A DNA stretch of 64,000 nucleotides, taken from assembly GCF_009914755.1 (NCBI RefSeq), contig NC_060930.1; one strand, 5' to 3'. Of this stretch, positions 1-19,468 are shown piece by piece. Made by a program: the position numbers and the translations under genes. Every line of letters begins with the position of its first letter. The first letter of the stretch is position 1. The notes beneath the pieces are model-generated. The model did not search any database. It saw only the letters and a program-made list of their open reading frames with translations, and was not told the origin of the DNA. Origin of the DNA: the human T2T-CHM13v2.0 reference genome, Homo sapiens.

Positions 1-200
1 ATAGTATGGTGGCTATCTTCCCCCAGAGAGAGCAATCTAAGAGATCGGGGTGATAGATAAAATACCTTGACACCCCCGAGAGCCATATACAATCACTTTT
101 GTACTCTCTCTGTCACACAGGGCCAGCCTTGATTCATCGACAAAATCCAGAGGGGGCTATATAAGGGTGTGGGTCATTGGGGGTCATTTTGGAGGCTAAC
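1..200 (-). mobile_element. MLT1-type (ERVL-MaLR) LTR fragment
   Basis: Ends in ggtcattgggggtcattttggaggct, resembling the MLT1 terminus; runs off the window edge. Confidence 0.6.
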
Positions 201-429
201 ACAAATATCATTAAATATTAACATCTTGGGTAGATAATATGATTAGAGGGTGCCTGAGGACCAAACAAGGATTTTTACACGACAGAAGTTAAGAGAAATG
301 AATTGATTATAGCCATCAGTAATATGAGTATAGTTTTAAATAAAGATGCATAATTATAGCATATTCATAAGAAAACATAAAATTATTTTAATCACTGAAT
401 GTTCTATATACCTTTGTAGACAGGATCGT

Positions 430-520
430 TCACTGATTCATTTATCCAAACATTCATTTCACTAAAATGTATTGAATAACTGCTATATACAGGGTCTCGT
501 GAAGAAACCTGTGAAAAAAG
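430..520 (-). mobile_element. L2 3' end fragment
   Basis: cattcatt-type tail followed by tattgaataactgctat. Confidence 0.45.
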
Positions 521-3379
521 TATGAATTTTGACATCCTCTTTTCAAATGTAACATAGGTCAATAAAGGCATTAGTTGTTTGACCAATAAATTATAGAAAA
601 AACAACTCTCTACATTGATTGCTGCCTTAAAAACATTCCAAAAAAAAAGTTTTAGACTATTTAGACCCATTTCTTGATAGCTTTCCACTGTTCCTTCCAA
701 TGCAAACCCACAGTCAGCACCAGGGATGGGAGTAGGAACCTTAAACTTGATTTGATTAATCATTAGTTTCAATGTATAGCTTGTCTTTTATTTAAAGGCA
801 TATATGAGCACACACGCATGTACACATGCAAACACATACATCCTAAATGCATATGCCCATTAAAGTATTGATTTGGCAATAAGTTATGCAGCTGAATTTT
901 GATCCTTAGTTTCTTCTCTCTGAAAATCAAGTCCAGATGATCTAAAACAAGCTGACAGTAAAAATGAGAGAACAGGTTTTACCAAATTTAGAACCACTTA
1001 AAACTTCATGGAATCTAAGTTTAGAATACACTGAATTTTCCAGCTCTTTCTGGGTTTTGCTTTGCCTAGCACTAGGTAGTGCATCTTTCCAGCAGTTTAA
1101 AAGGAGGAGGAGGAGAAAGAGCAGTAGCAGTTTGTGAAATAACTTCTGAAGCTTTTAGAAAATAAAAAGGGTAGAGAAAATGACACCATGATAACTTGGT
1201 TGTTAACTTTGCACGTTTCTCTAGAATTCACTTACCCCTAGGGCATGAACAGTTTCAAATGGATGGTAGGAAGGAGATGTTAGATGAAGGTCTTTTGAGT
1301 TTGAACAAACCTGAAGTATTTGAGAAGTGTCTGGAAATAAATGAGTCTAAACTACCACTGGACTTTTAATAGATACTGTTACAATTCACCAGAACATTTA
1401 AAACTCAAGACAATTTCTTCCAGGTCCCTAAAAACAAAACAATCAATGGTCATTGATGAAAAATCATATTACTTATTCATTCACTGTTTTCTAGTATTTC
1501 AGTGTTTATTACTATCCAGCCTCATCTGGGTTATATTTTAAAAACCAAACATTTTCCTACAGCTGTGAATTAGCTTAAACAGTACAATGTAGTTACCATA
1601 TTGTGCTTCAACTGCTAAACCTGTCATGTCACAGCACTACAATAACTCATTTAAAAATCAAGATTTTTAAAATATATGTTGATTAAAATGTACCACTAGA
1701 AAGGTATTACATGTCTTACAATGGAAGTGAAATGTATATAAGTATGGGTAAAAAGGCAAGTCACTAGTATGAGATGAAAACTAAAACTAAAACTAAAATT
1801 TTCATGGTAAAATACCAGCATGTGTGTACTTGTGCAGTGTACACTTCTAAACACTGAAGGCTTGTAAAAGTAAATGTGTTAAATAGAAGTCTGATAGTTT
1901 ATCATAAACCTACAGGGAAAAAAACCAGACTTTGTGTTTTTGATATTTTGTGCATTAATATATTATTACAAACATGAAGATGTTTGTGAGTGTTTGTTTT
2001 AGTCATTTTATTTGAAGTCACAGCATTGTACCATCTTCATTTCTGTATAGAGCTGCTTCAATCATAAGTCGTCTAGACTTCCCCTGCCTATCTGGTTTTT
2101 ATGTTTTTGTTTAAGACAGTAAAATAAGTGTTTTTCGAATCAAAAAAGAAGATATTGTTACAGAATTGAGCATATTGAACATTTATAAAAAGAACCATTC
2201 GATAATACTGTTGCAGATCACACAACGCAGACAGGTGTTCCGAAAATAAGTCCATAAGCTCTATATTTGCATTTCCAGCCCAATGTTCTTGTGAAATTCA
2301 ATCACAATGACTCTTGAGCCTGGCGATTCAGCTAAGCATAATTGAATATGGACAAATTTACATGAAAAGTTTTGTGCCAACAGAAAATATTTATGTTTGC
2401 ATATAACAATGGCATTCTTGGACAATTTGAAGTTTTGCAGAAAAACCCCGTGTGAGATAAGACCTGATACATTAATTAAATTATGCTAGCTTGCTCAAAT
2501 TGCTATGATATAAACTGACATACTTTCTTCATCATGGGTTAAAAAAATAATGATCTATTACAGGAAGTGAAACCTAATTGCATGAAACCAAACCCACACA
2601 AAACTGAAGTTACTCAGATAAACAAAGTTTCCTCCAAGAAAGCTTTGCCTTGCCCTTTTCAAGACATTAACTGTTTATATTATGTCGGATTTAAACTTAC
2701 CAATCAGAAAATTACAGAATGAATATTTGTCTTATAGGAAGCTCTTTGTTCCTTCTCTTTTCAGTTGCAAGGTCATGCATTTTTTTCTTCATGCCCCGTT
2801 ACTTTGGGGAGCACATTTATTATGTAAGATAGAGACTTTGGAGAAAGTCTTACGATCATACACATCACTCCCTTTGTCAATGTTTAAGTAAATGTTCATT
2901 CGCAAGCCTAGTTATCCCCAGGGCATTATTTATTCTAACATAAATAGCATCAGTAAAATTAATTAGAGAAAGATTCCTCCCATTTGTCAGTTACTCTAAA
3001 GTTTTGCTTTGAATAAATTAATTGCTCAGCTCACAGTGATGAGTAAGATGCTCAAGGATTACTGAAAGGAAAAAGAGATTCTTACCAGGGCTTCCCCTTG
3101 ATCTTACCAACAGAACATTGATGGAACAAAGGCAAACAAAACCAAAACAAAACAGCCAAACTGATGCTGGGAAAGAGATGGATGTGTCACCATTGCTGAG
3201 GATAAATACCGTGGAAGCTGCACCTGGCCAAGGTGAGCATTCAGATTAGAAATACCCCAAATTTAATGGTAATCCAAAGTCAGTAATTACAAAGAGATCA
3301 GACCAGGAAATGTTCCAAGTTTGTTTAGGGAAAGTTGGAGAATATGGAAACTCACAAAGAAGAATAAGAAATAAACACT

Positions 3380-3795
3380 AATTTCATTCCTCAGATATAA
3401 TCCTTGTTAAATTTTAGACTATTAATATAAATTTTTTTAAAAAAAAGAGGTCATATTTTATTAACTTTTAATTGACATTTCCATGTGTCAATAACTATTA
3501 TATATTTAAAATGGCTGTAGAATGAATACTGCACAGTATGGAAGTATCATTTTATTTAACAAATCTCTTATTGCCAGACTTTTACCATACACAGGCTTGG
3601 CTGTAATTGTTGCTGTTGTTTTACTATTTTAAATGATGCTGTGATGTGAATTCTTTTATGATTGTGAATAAATATTTGAATAAAGTAAATTACTAAAGTG
3701 GAAGTTCTAGGTAATTTGCACATTTTCTAGGCATTTGTTGTGTATTGAAAATGCTCCTCCAGAAAGGTTATACTGATTGATAACCAACCATGTAG
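3380..3795 (-). mobile_element. Old L1 (L1ME-like) 3' fragment
   Basis: Degenerate motifs atggctgtag, aaagtggaa, ctccagaaaggttatac. Confidence 0.55.
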
Positions 3796-4080
3796 GAAAG
3801 GTGAGGTTCTTTTCAAGTCTTCCGTCTCAGCCCTTGCAATTTTGTCTCAGTAAGTCTTAAAAGCATGGGGCCTGAGGCCTAGAATTTGGGAGAGAGAGGG
3901 GAAAGCCCTGCTAAACATGTGTGTAAATGTGCTTCTTTGACTTCATCTGCTTATTCCATGTAATCTTGTAAGTGGAACACGTTACACATAGGAGAATTGT
4001 TGGCCAGTGCTAAATGACAGAAAGCATGATAAAATTAAGCTTCATAATTTTTATCTTAAGAGTAGGAGAGACTTATTTGA

Positions 4081-9745
<5,665 letters not shown>

Positions 9746-10254
9746 GGAGAGATTTATTGACTTTCTGAAGGTTATATAAGCAACTCAAGGCATGACCTAA
9801 GAATAAAATGCAAGCTAATAATTACCAAACCAATTTTTCATCCTCAAAAAGTAATTCAGTTTAATTTCTAGGTTAATTTAAAATTAATAAAAGATGTCAG
9901 ATGAATAGCTCAGAAAGCTCCTACCTTCTTAATCTACAATCCAAACAATAACATGCTTTAAATAACATCATTTACAAATGAGCTAAAACTGTGTCATCTT
10001 CATGGCCATAACTCAGGACACTGGCTGAATTATATATGTCTAAGAAATTCAGTCAGATCAATTTATTGAGGCTTCTTAAAATGCCATGATGAATAGAAAA
10101 CTTTGAGTGGGAGTTGGGAGGGGGCACCTAGACAGGCTATGTAAATCGAAATGATTAAATCGCTTTGGTCATGTTTCATTATTCTGTGGTCATTTTGCCA
10201 CAGACTCTATTTCTAAATTTGCTTTCTGGTTTTCTTAACATATTATATAACTGG

Positions 10255-10390
10255 GAGGCAGCAGTTTGGAGGGGCACATTGGACAGGGAAACCAGGATTC
10301 ATTCTTGGCTTTCCTACTAACTGAATGACTTGGGATCATTTCTTTAAACTTTCTGATCTGCAGTTACTTCATTTGTCATATAATGACTTA
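10255..10390 (+). mobile_element. MIR fragment
   Basis: Core-like tgacttggg...ctgcagttacttcatttgt. Confidence 0.5.
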
Positions 10391-10444
10391 TCTTGATGAT
10401 AAGCAAATCCTACTATTAAAATATAGATATGACCCAGTTGAGTT

Positions 10445-10680
10445 GATGTGGTGGTTAAGATATTTGACTCTGGAGCCTGATTATAGATTCAAATCCCAGC
10501 TACTTACCACTTAATAATCACATAACTTTGGGAGATTTGCTTAACTTATCTGTATGTATCAGTCCCTTCATCTTCAAAACATGAATAATTATAGCAACTA
10601 CCTCTGAGAGTTCATATGAGAACTCAGTAATACAGTTTTTGCCTGACATATGGTAGGTACCCACTAAATCTTAGCTGCCA
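10445..10680 (+). mobile_element. MIR
   Basis: gtggttaaga...ttcaaatcccagct...gcctgacatatggtagg. Confidence 0.75.
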
Positions 10681-12353
10681 ATAGTATAACACTCCTTATA
10701 AGTGCAATAGAAATGTATTACATGAGATCCTTCAATTCATCTAATCTAGGAAACCTTGGTATTAATGTTTTTATTGAATCTATTTGAGCACTATTTAGCT
10801 CAGTATCTTCACTGGCAGCAATGACTTATTCTCATGATGAAATTTGCTTCATTTTCTAAATAAGTTTTTTATACTTAGAAAGGCCTTCATTTTATCTTTA
10901 TCTTCCTGTTTCAAACCTGCTTTCAGAAAAACACTGAAAGAGTTGCTAATATTGTTATGATTATATTCGATTGGCTTTCAACATATGCTTCAAGTTTTAT
11001 GAGATCCTAAAATTTGTACATTAGCTTTTTAAAAAATTATTTTGAATCACATCAGTCATTCTGTTAAATAAAAATTTTGACTATACGACCAAAGACAGTG
11101 TTGAAATTTGGCATTGTGTGGCTCTCTCTTGGTCTGCCAAGGGAGGTTAATTATCAGAAAAGCAGAAAATCCTCAGTGCAACATGATTCACCCTAAGGAG
11201 GTCCTTCAGCTGTTTCCAGAGGGCAACTGGAATACTAAGCAAGCCTTTAGTATAAAAAGAATTTTTATTAATGTAAAAAAATTTTTTTATTAGTATCCAA
11301 AATTTAATATCACATCTTAAATTACTTCAGTTCCCATATGACAAAGGTAAAATTAAATAAGATTTCAACATAAATGCAGATATGGCACCGCACAGGTTAT
11401 AATAATTTGACAATGAAATAGTCTTTCATGTCAAGAGGAAATATGTTAAAACAATACAAGGCATAAAAAGATTTCTTTATTCGAGTTAATGAAAGAGTGG
11501 CAAGTACCGATGCAAAAGAGATCTATATAATTATACCAGAGATAAAAAGATAAACCTGTCAATGTCGCAAATTTGTGATACTTTAGGAAGTTGTAGTCTT
11601 TCCTGAATTTAAATAAACAAGATAAAAAAAAACCTGACAACTCTTGGAAAAATCGATCCTTCCAGACCACACTTTGTTAGGGAAGAATAGATTTTTTAAA
11701 AATATTGAAATGCTAATTTTTGAGACGGGTTACTGAAGTAGTTGAAGTTTATGATTATTATCTTATGTAGCCCTAATATAAAAGGGGAATGATTTTGTGT
11801 ATCTTTAATTACCTTTTCATCATACCTAAGTAAGCTTAGGGTTTATTTTAAGTTTCTGATTTAAAACACACATTGCAGGGAAATCAGAGCAATAACTGGA
11901 TTTTAACATCAAACATTCTGATGAAGAAAGCACCTCATCAATTTGAAGTGTTTTCCAAATATGCAAAGTGATTGGAAGATGTAAGTTAAAGGAGCATTTC
12001 AACCCCAATTTTTGACATAAAGCATTTCTGAATTCCATGCAATAAAAGGATCTTAGCTTTAATGTTTTCTCATAAAGCCTTATATAATTTGAAGTATCTA
12101 ACTAATTTTGTCCAAACTAAATATAAAAATAAATTACATATGAAATTCATGTATTGACAGCTAAAGATGAAAAGGAATATGTTTGTGGCATTGGATCAAA
12201 CCAGTTAGTGCAATTTAAATTTCCAAATGTATCACATGTGTGTATAGAAAAGAAATTAGAAAATATGATCTGTGTTCTCAAGATAATCCAACCATACGTG
12301 AAATGTATGGTTTAAGCCAATATCTCAATAAGAGTAGAAAGATGCAAGTATTA

Positions 12354-12525
12354 CTGTGGGCCTGTCATCGGGTGGGGGGCTGGGGGAGGGTTAGCATTAG
12401 GAGAAATACCTAATGTAAACGACGAGTTAATGGGTGCAGCAAACCTACATGCCACATGTATACCTATGTAACAAAACTGCACGTTGTGCACATGTACCCT
12501 AGAACTTAAAGTATAATAAAAAAAA
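12354..12525 (+). mobile_element. Short L1PA (PA4-6-like) 3' end
   Basis: gggagggttagcattaggagaaatacctaatg...agaacttaaagtataataaaaaaa. Confidence 0.92.
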
Positions 12526-13294
12526 TATGCAACGCACCTAGCTCAGTATGTGGCATGTACTGAGTGCTAATAAATGTTGGCTGATATTAGCCATGTTATT
12601 TCTTTAGAGGGTGCATGTTATTGAGTAACAGGAATGCACCATGAATTGTTTAGTAATTCACCTACATGTGTGTATTGAGATTGTTTCCTCTATGGGTTGC
12701 TTTGTTTAGTTGATTGGTTTACTTGGTAATACAAGCAACACATATTGTGTACTACACAAATATGACTACTTCTAAAGGATAGAGTGCTATAAGTAGAACC
12801 ATTGGAGAAAGAGATTCAGATTTTCAGCTCTGATAGAGACTACCAAAAGGCCTACACTGATTTACACTTTCAGTATATGTGAAGGTCTATTTTCCTTTGG
12901 ATATGATCCCAAAAAATGTAGTGCCAATCTGATAACTTATTTTTATTTGTTGGTTACAAAGAAGTTTAGGCTTTTTTTTCCCCAAATGTTCTAATTGTCA
13001 GAAATAGCATGTATTTTATAGTCCATTCTTTTTCCATTGCTATGAAATAAATCTTTATTATATGTTAGGTTTAATGTAGATAATGATCTAAATATCGGCA
13101 TATAGATAGACAAAAAAAGTGTGTTTCTTTGAAGGAAAACAATGTCTCCATTTCAGTATTCTAATTCTAATCATGTGTGATCATCCAAAGCTATGTACTG
13201 GGGCCATGTTGTTTTATTGCCCCATGAAATTGTCTTAACTGGGCTTTATTATTACCTTGCTTTTCACTGAGAGAACTTTCAAGAAATGCCCACG

Positions 13295-13449
13295 TGGGCA
13301 TGGTGGCATGCACGCGTAATCCCAGCTACTCAGGAGGCTGAGATAGGAGGATTGGTTGAGCTCAGGAGTTCAGGGTTGTAGTGACCTATGATTGCACCAG
13401 CCTGGGTGACAGAGACTTCATCACAAGAAAGAAAGAAAAGAAAAAAAAA
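13295..13449 (+). mobile_element. Alu right-monomer (FRAM/AluJ-like)
   Basis: Monomer with a small internal deletion; degenerate TSD gaaatgcccac / gaaatgcttac flanks the monomer plus the GGAA tract. Confidence 0.8.
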
Positions 13450-13571
13450 GAAGGAAGAAGGAAGGAAGGAAGGAAGGAAGGAAGAAGGAAGGAAAGATGG
13501 AAGGAAGGAAGGAAGGAAGGAAGGAAGGAAGGAAGGAAGGAAGGAAGGAAGGAAGGAAAGGAAGGAAGGAA
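13450..13571 (+). repeat. (GGAA)n microsatellite
   Basis: About 27 GGAA units, 15 of them uninterrupted (13499-13558). Confidence 0.97.
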
Positions 13572-13639
13572 ATGCTTACATGAACTGCCATATCTGAAAA
13601 TCCTACCTCACAATGTTCACTTGGCTGATACAGACTTCC

Positions 13640-14230
13640 TCTAACCTGGGAAAATAGATATGCACAACATATGACAGACAAAAGCTAACATCCCTAAAAA
13701 ATGAAAAGCACTTGGTAATCAATTTTTTTAACTTACCAGACAAAGTGGCAAAGGATAAAAAGCATGAAAGGCAGCTCTTAGAAGACAAAATAGAATGTCC
13801 AATAAACACATAAATGTATGCCCAATCTTACTCTTAATTTTAAAAATGCAAATAGAAATAATGAGAGACGAATCTCAGATTCCTCCCTCCCCTGTTGATA
13901 AGTTGGCAAGCAAAAAGCTTCTGGGTGTGAAAGAAATAAGCACTCTTATAGGAAAAATTGGTGAAAACTTTTGTGAAATAATTTGGCATTACTTATCAAA
14001 TGTTTAAGTGATTTTTATTTTGCAATTCCACTACTGAGCATTTATCCTGAGTCTATCTTGCACATTTACACAGAGACAGATAAGTGCAATAACATCTATA
14101 GTAATAATTATTGTAATTATAAAAAAATTGAAAGCAATCTGTTTTATAAATAGGAGATTAGATTGATAGATTGTGGCCGTTCATGCAAGGGAATATCACT
14201 CAGCTGTTAAGAAAGGTGACATCTATTTAT
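13640..14230 (+). mobile_element. Old L1M (L1ME-like) ORF2 end/3'UTR
   Basis: ggcaaagga, ccaataaacacat, aaatgcaaat, gcaattccactact motifs. Confidence 0.7.
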
Positions 14231-14294
14231 CCACCAAGATTTATATATACTATGTATGCAAACCAGCAGCTCAGCTTAGTGAGCAGATTCTGAA

Positions 14295-14530
14295 GGCTCA
14301 GTGCAGACTCTGGAATCATACCCGGGTTTGAAACTTGGCACCACCATTTATAGCTGGGGTTATCTATAGCAAGCATCATAATATCCATATGTCTCACTTT
14401 GCTTGTCTATGAAATGGACACAAGAATAGGACATCTTGCTATGAAGTTGCTATGAAGATAAAATGATACAATATTTGCAAGGCACTTAGACAAGGGTCTG
14501 GCACATAGAAAGCACTATATAAGTTTTTGT
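14295..14530 (+). mobile_element. MIR
   Basis: actctggaatca...gggtttgaa...tggcacatag. Confidence 0.75.
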
Positions 14531-14978
14531 GAAATATAATAAATACTCACATGGAAAGTCGTTTAGAAGTAGACTTCTAAAGTAGAAAGTAAACTGGTGC
14601 AGAAGAGTATATCCATATATGGAAACGAAATGATAGAGGTGAGATACATACTTCCATATGAATAAAATATTTCTGGAAGCCACAATAAGAAATGAAGAGT
14701 TTACCTCCAGGATATGGTAAGGAGTTACATGATCTTAAGGCCCTTTTATTTTCACCCTTCAGTATTGTTTGAAGTTCTTTTAATTTTATTTCATGGGGAA
14801 GAGGAAGGAGACACAGCAGCAGCGGCAGCAACAGCTCCTGGAAGATTTCACGGCAGGTGAGAGGCTGTTTCACCCTGAGCTCACAGGTAACCTCTGCAGC
14901 ATGGTAGGTTTTATGCTGCAAGCAGCTGGGCTCACATCATCTTGTCTCTGACTTGACCAAAATACTGTCTCCTATCTC

Positions 14979-14980
<2 letters not shown>

Positions 14981-15020
<40 letters not shown>

Positions 15021-15028
15021 ACACACAC
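14981..15028. repeat. (TG)19 directly followed by a short (CA)n
   Basis: Read directly. Confidence 0.95.
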
Positions 15029-15098
15029 ATACCCATGTTAAAAAGTTAGGATCATGTGGTAAGTACAACTTTTATTTCTATTATTAGTAGTAGTAGTA

Positions 15099-15217
15099 TT
15101 TGAGATGGGGTCTCATTATATCACCCAGGCTGGTCTTGAACTCATGGAATCAAGTGATCTCCTGCCTCACCCTCTCAAGTAGCTGGGATTACAGGTGTGT
15201 GCCACTATGCCCAGCCC
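15099..15217 (-). mobile_element. FLAM monomer
   Basis: gagatggggtctc...agctgggattacaggtgtgtgccact. Confidence 0.85.
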
Positions 15218-16563
15218 TATTATTTTTAGTTAATGATTCACTAGGGAAGTTTTCCCATTTTCTTCAAAAATATGATTTTAATAACTGCATGATGTTCTAT
15301 TATGTACATACACTACAGCCTTTTCTGAACAGAACTAAATGGGCCAAGTGGAGCAGAGAATCAAGTTCATGTTCCTGTGAGGTCAGCCTACACAATGTAT
15401 TCACAGTCTTCATTTTTTACTGCTGTATGGCATTCCTCCTCATTGTTATAAAACGTGGGAGGCAAGGATCTGGCAAGCTAATTCACTTTAAGATACAAAT
15501 TACTGATATGGGGAAGATTGATACTGATACTGATATGGGGAAAAAACACTCTGCATTTTAACAAGAAGCAGACCATTAATCCAAAGGTTTAATTTTTAAT
15601 GGTAGGTTTTCACTTATTAGCAAGACGAGTAAGGGAAACGTTGCGGATGGAAGAAACATTTAAATGTAGCATTTGCAGATGAGACTGGGTAGATGTTGGC
15701 TGAATTGAAATATTTGGAAGCTGGCACAAATAGGCCTTCAATATGTCATCTTTTTTATTGTTGCAAATTGCTACAGCATAGAAACCATAGCCACTCAAAC
15801 AAGTCACAATAATAACAAGAGACCACAGAGACCCCTGGAATATAAAATACTAATTTTCCAATTTTGCCCACTCATGGTTTCTGGCTTTGCTATTACCTTG
15901 GTTAAGTTTACTCGACTTTTCTGTGTCTCACTTTTATCAACTACACAATATGGTCTACCCTAGAAAGATTGTGAGAAGTGAATGCTCAAAATATTCAATT
16001 CCATGATTCTTACTTTCATCCTTCCCTTTCCTCTCTTCCCAGAGAGAATGTTACAGTAGGTGGAATACAACACCTTTGACAAAAAACATGATTGCAAGTC
16101 TTGCCTCAAACACTTACCATCTAGGCAGGCAACTAATCTTAGCTCACTTTGCTAATCGATAAAAATAGGCTAAAATATATAAATATATGCTTTAACTTAA
16201 ATGAATGTTAATGTCTGTTGGGCCTATTACCTGACATTTTTATTGCCATTAGGAGAAGCAGCAGGAGGATAAAAATACATTTAACATTTTTGAGAACATA
16301 ATATGAGTTAGCTTTTTCTGTTGCTTACCTTCTTTACTCCTCAAAGTAGCTGTCTAAGGTAGATACTTTACACAGAGAGAGATGAAAGCTTAGAGTTTAC
16401 CCCAACGCACACACTTCAGAAGCAGTGGAGCTAGAATTAAAATTCTAAGGCCTCTATCTGCTGCTTCACACTGCCTATGTGATCTTTAGAGGTCTGTAGA
16501 GGCACATGGAATTCAAGAATTACTATTATCATATTACTAAATGGTTATAAAACCAAAATGGCA

Positions 16564-16589
16564 TGAGTCACCAAAGTGGGAGTGACTCA
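16564..16589. promoter_or_regulatory. Paired AP-1 (TRE) motifs
   Basis: TGAGTCA 16564-16570 and TGACTCA 16583-16589; motif only, no functional evidence. Confidence 0.35.
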
Positions 16590-17149
16590 CCAACATCTCT
16601 ATTGTGAGAACTTTTTGTTCTGCAAATCTTTCCTCAATATGGAAGGAACTAATTTATGATGAAGTGTTTCATAAAATAAAAGCATGATATGTCAATGCCT
16701 ATAAGTGTATATCCCAATGATAGCTGGATTTTTAGGTACAGATGACTAAGCTTTTTACATGTGTATAAAGTTTATAGATATTTATATAGATATCACATAT
16801 ATAAGAAAAAATTATGTGTGTGTGTATATACATATATGATGGATATATATGTGTGTATATGTATATGTAAAGAATATATGGTTGGACTCTTACTTTATAC
16901 CTGAATGATAGACAGGGAAAATTGAGTAAAACATTTGAAAAAAATTTACATTCAATTCCTTTTCTTTCCCTTTGTAAAGTAAGCCACACACTTTCTAGCT
17001 ACTTTCCTGGTGAATCATCTTAACATCATGTCCACTCACATTATTTTGTCTTTCTCATTCATGTCATTCCCACGGAAACCAAGAAAGTGAATCTTACACA
17101 CCTGTCTTCTCTTCTTCCTCAATTGTGGCCAAATGTCTCACCCTCCATG

Positions 17150-17300
17150 CAATAAACATGTCTGAGCTCCTGTTCTCATGCCAGTGTCTGTTCCAGGCAG
17201 AGCAACACGAGGCACTGCATGTGCAAAGACAGGAAGTCACTATTTCTGCTCTCCAGGAGCTCACAATTGAATGAGAAGAAGCTCAGTTTGGGTGGTGGAG
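17150..17300 (-). mobile_element. L2 3' fragment
   Basis: aaacatgtctgagctcct...ctgctctccaggagctcaca. Confidence 0.45.
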
Positions 17301-17779
17301 CCAGTGAGGCTGACTTGGACATGGAGGAGGCTGGAGAAGGGAAAGTCCTCCTCCAAATGCAGAGTGAGCAGGGAGAGCCAGGGATGATTTTTTTGACAAA
17401 GTGTGAGAAAGCTGGTCAGAAAATGTAGTGAAGGCACCAGGACAATGTAAGTTTAAAAGATGTCAAGCCACATGGTTTTGGGACATTCTTCAGGTGGCTT
17501 TAGAAGGAAAGAGATGAGAAAACATCTACATTCAGGAAAAGAACAGAGCATTGCAGCATTTTCCTCACCTTGTCATTGACACCTTCCCTACCTCCTATGC
17601 TACTAAAAATATTGGTAATCTTGGGTAAACGGCTTGTCCTGAGTCATGTGGTCACACCAGGCCCCTACATACGAGTCATCACAGCCTCTCTCACCTAGTG
17701 TGTACCCTGGACCGTGAGCTGTAGTGATAAGTGAGGCTCGACTGTTCAAGTCAGACACATGGCCCTGAGGTTTGCTAGC

Positions 17780-18291
<512 letters not shown>

Positions 18292-18734
18292 TTGCCTGGT
18301 CTATTCTTAACTTCCATGGTTGCTCATTTTATCTCCTGCCTTAGCCTCATTCCTCTCATGTTTAAAATGGATTCCTGACTCCCTCACACTGCCCAGGACC
18401 ACAGGCTCCTTCGCCTGTTGCCACATTCTCCTGGGTCCCTACTCCAATTGGGTGCCTGCGTGGGCTGGGTGTGTCCTGTTCCTCAATCCTGCTTCTAAAC
18501 CTGCCCCCAGATCTCATGTTCATCCCTACGCTGGAATACTCTGTGGCGGTTAGAAAAAAAAAAAAAAATCCCAAGTTAAATGATGTGACTATACTGACGA
18601 GGGATGTCTAAGGTGTATTATTGAATGAAGAAGGGGAGGTATAGCTTGGGAGGTGTGCTACGATCTCATTTCTCAAATAAAATGTGTTACTTAAAAATCT
18701 CTATGGTCTAAAATTTTTCAATAAGCATATATAT

Positions 18735-19018
18735 ATTTGGGACATATGTGCTCCTGATTCTCCAACTCAGAACAGGACTTATACCATTGCCTGCTCAGCA
18801 CCCCAACCCCAGTTCTAGACTCAGACTGGGACACTGGCTCCCCTTGTCTGGTTCTTGGGCTGTTGGGTTTGGACCGGAAGTACACCACTGGCTTGCAGAT
18901 CGCAGATCCTGGGATTTCTCAGCCTCCATTATCACGTGAGCCAACTTCTTATAATAAATTGCTTCCTATATGTCTCTTTCTCTTATAAGGTATATCCTAT
19001 TGGTCCCATTTCTCAAGA
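18735..19018 (+). mobile_element. MLT2 (ERVL) LTR 3' part
   Basis: gcttgcagat...ctcagcctccattatcacgtgagccaa...aataaa...tatcctattgg. Confidence 0.8.
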
Positions 19019-19174
19019 ATATGCTATTTTTACGATTGTGAGTATTTTCAAGGAAATTCGTATAGTTACAGGCGTCACAAAGAATCCTGTGAAATGAAAA
19101 ATGGAGGTTAACGCAAAAGGATAGCAGAGGGGAGTCTGCCTAAACTACTGTTTTGCGAAACGGCCATGAAAGGC

Positions 19175-19468
19175 TAAGTTTGCAAAACTCAGGATGTTAA
19201 CGGCTTTTGCAGGAACAAACATCATTTGGTCAAATAAGTCTAAGAAATACGAAGTTCGGTGAAGTCAAGCAGGCTTATTTATTTAATGCAGGCCATCTCT
19301 GAGACTTTAATGTGCTCATGCTCTCTGTGAGTTTGCAAAATGGAGAGAGTAGGTGGTGTCCCTACAACAACACCATCTTTTCCTATGGAGCAATGCCCGA
19401 CATCTTTTTTTTTTTTTTTTTTTTTTTTTTTACGAGGGGGGAAGCAGCCAACATTTGAGAAATGCTGA
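19175..19468. mobile_element. hAT-Charlie (Charlie4-like) DNA transposon fossil
   Basis: ggtcaaataagt...tgcaggccatctctgagactttaatgtgct...tttgagaaatgctg. Confidence 0.55.

Noticed and set aside
404-772. 122-aa ORF as a coding exon
   Set aside because: Its 3' part is an L2 tail; no recognisable protein similarity or partner exons
13381-13681. EGRK/FLPS-repeat ORFs
   Set aside because: Translations of the GGAA microsatellite
14435-15545. Short tandem duplications (ttgctatgaag x2 near 14436; tactgatatggggaa x2 near 15501-15543)
   Set aside because: Ordinary slippage duplications
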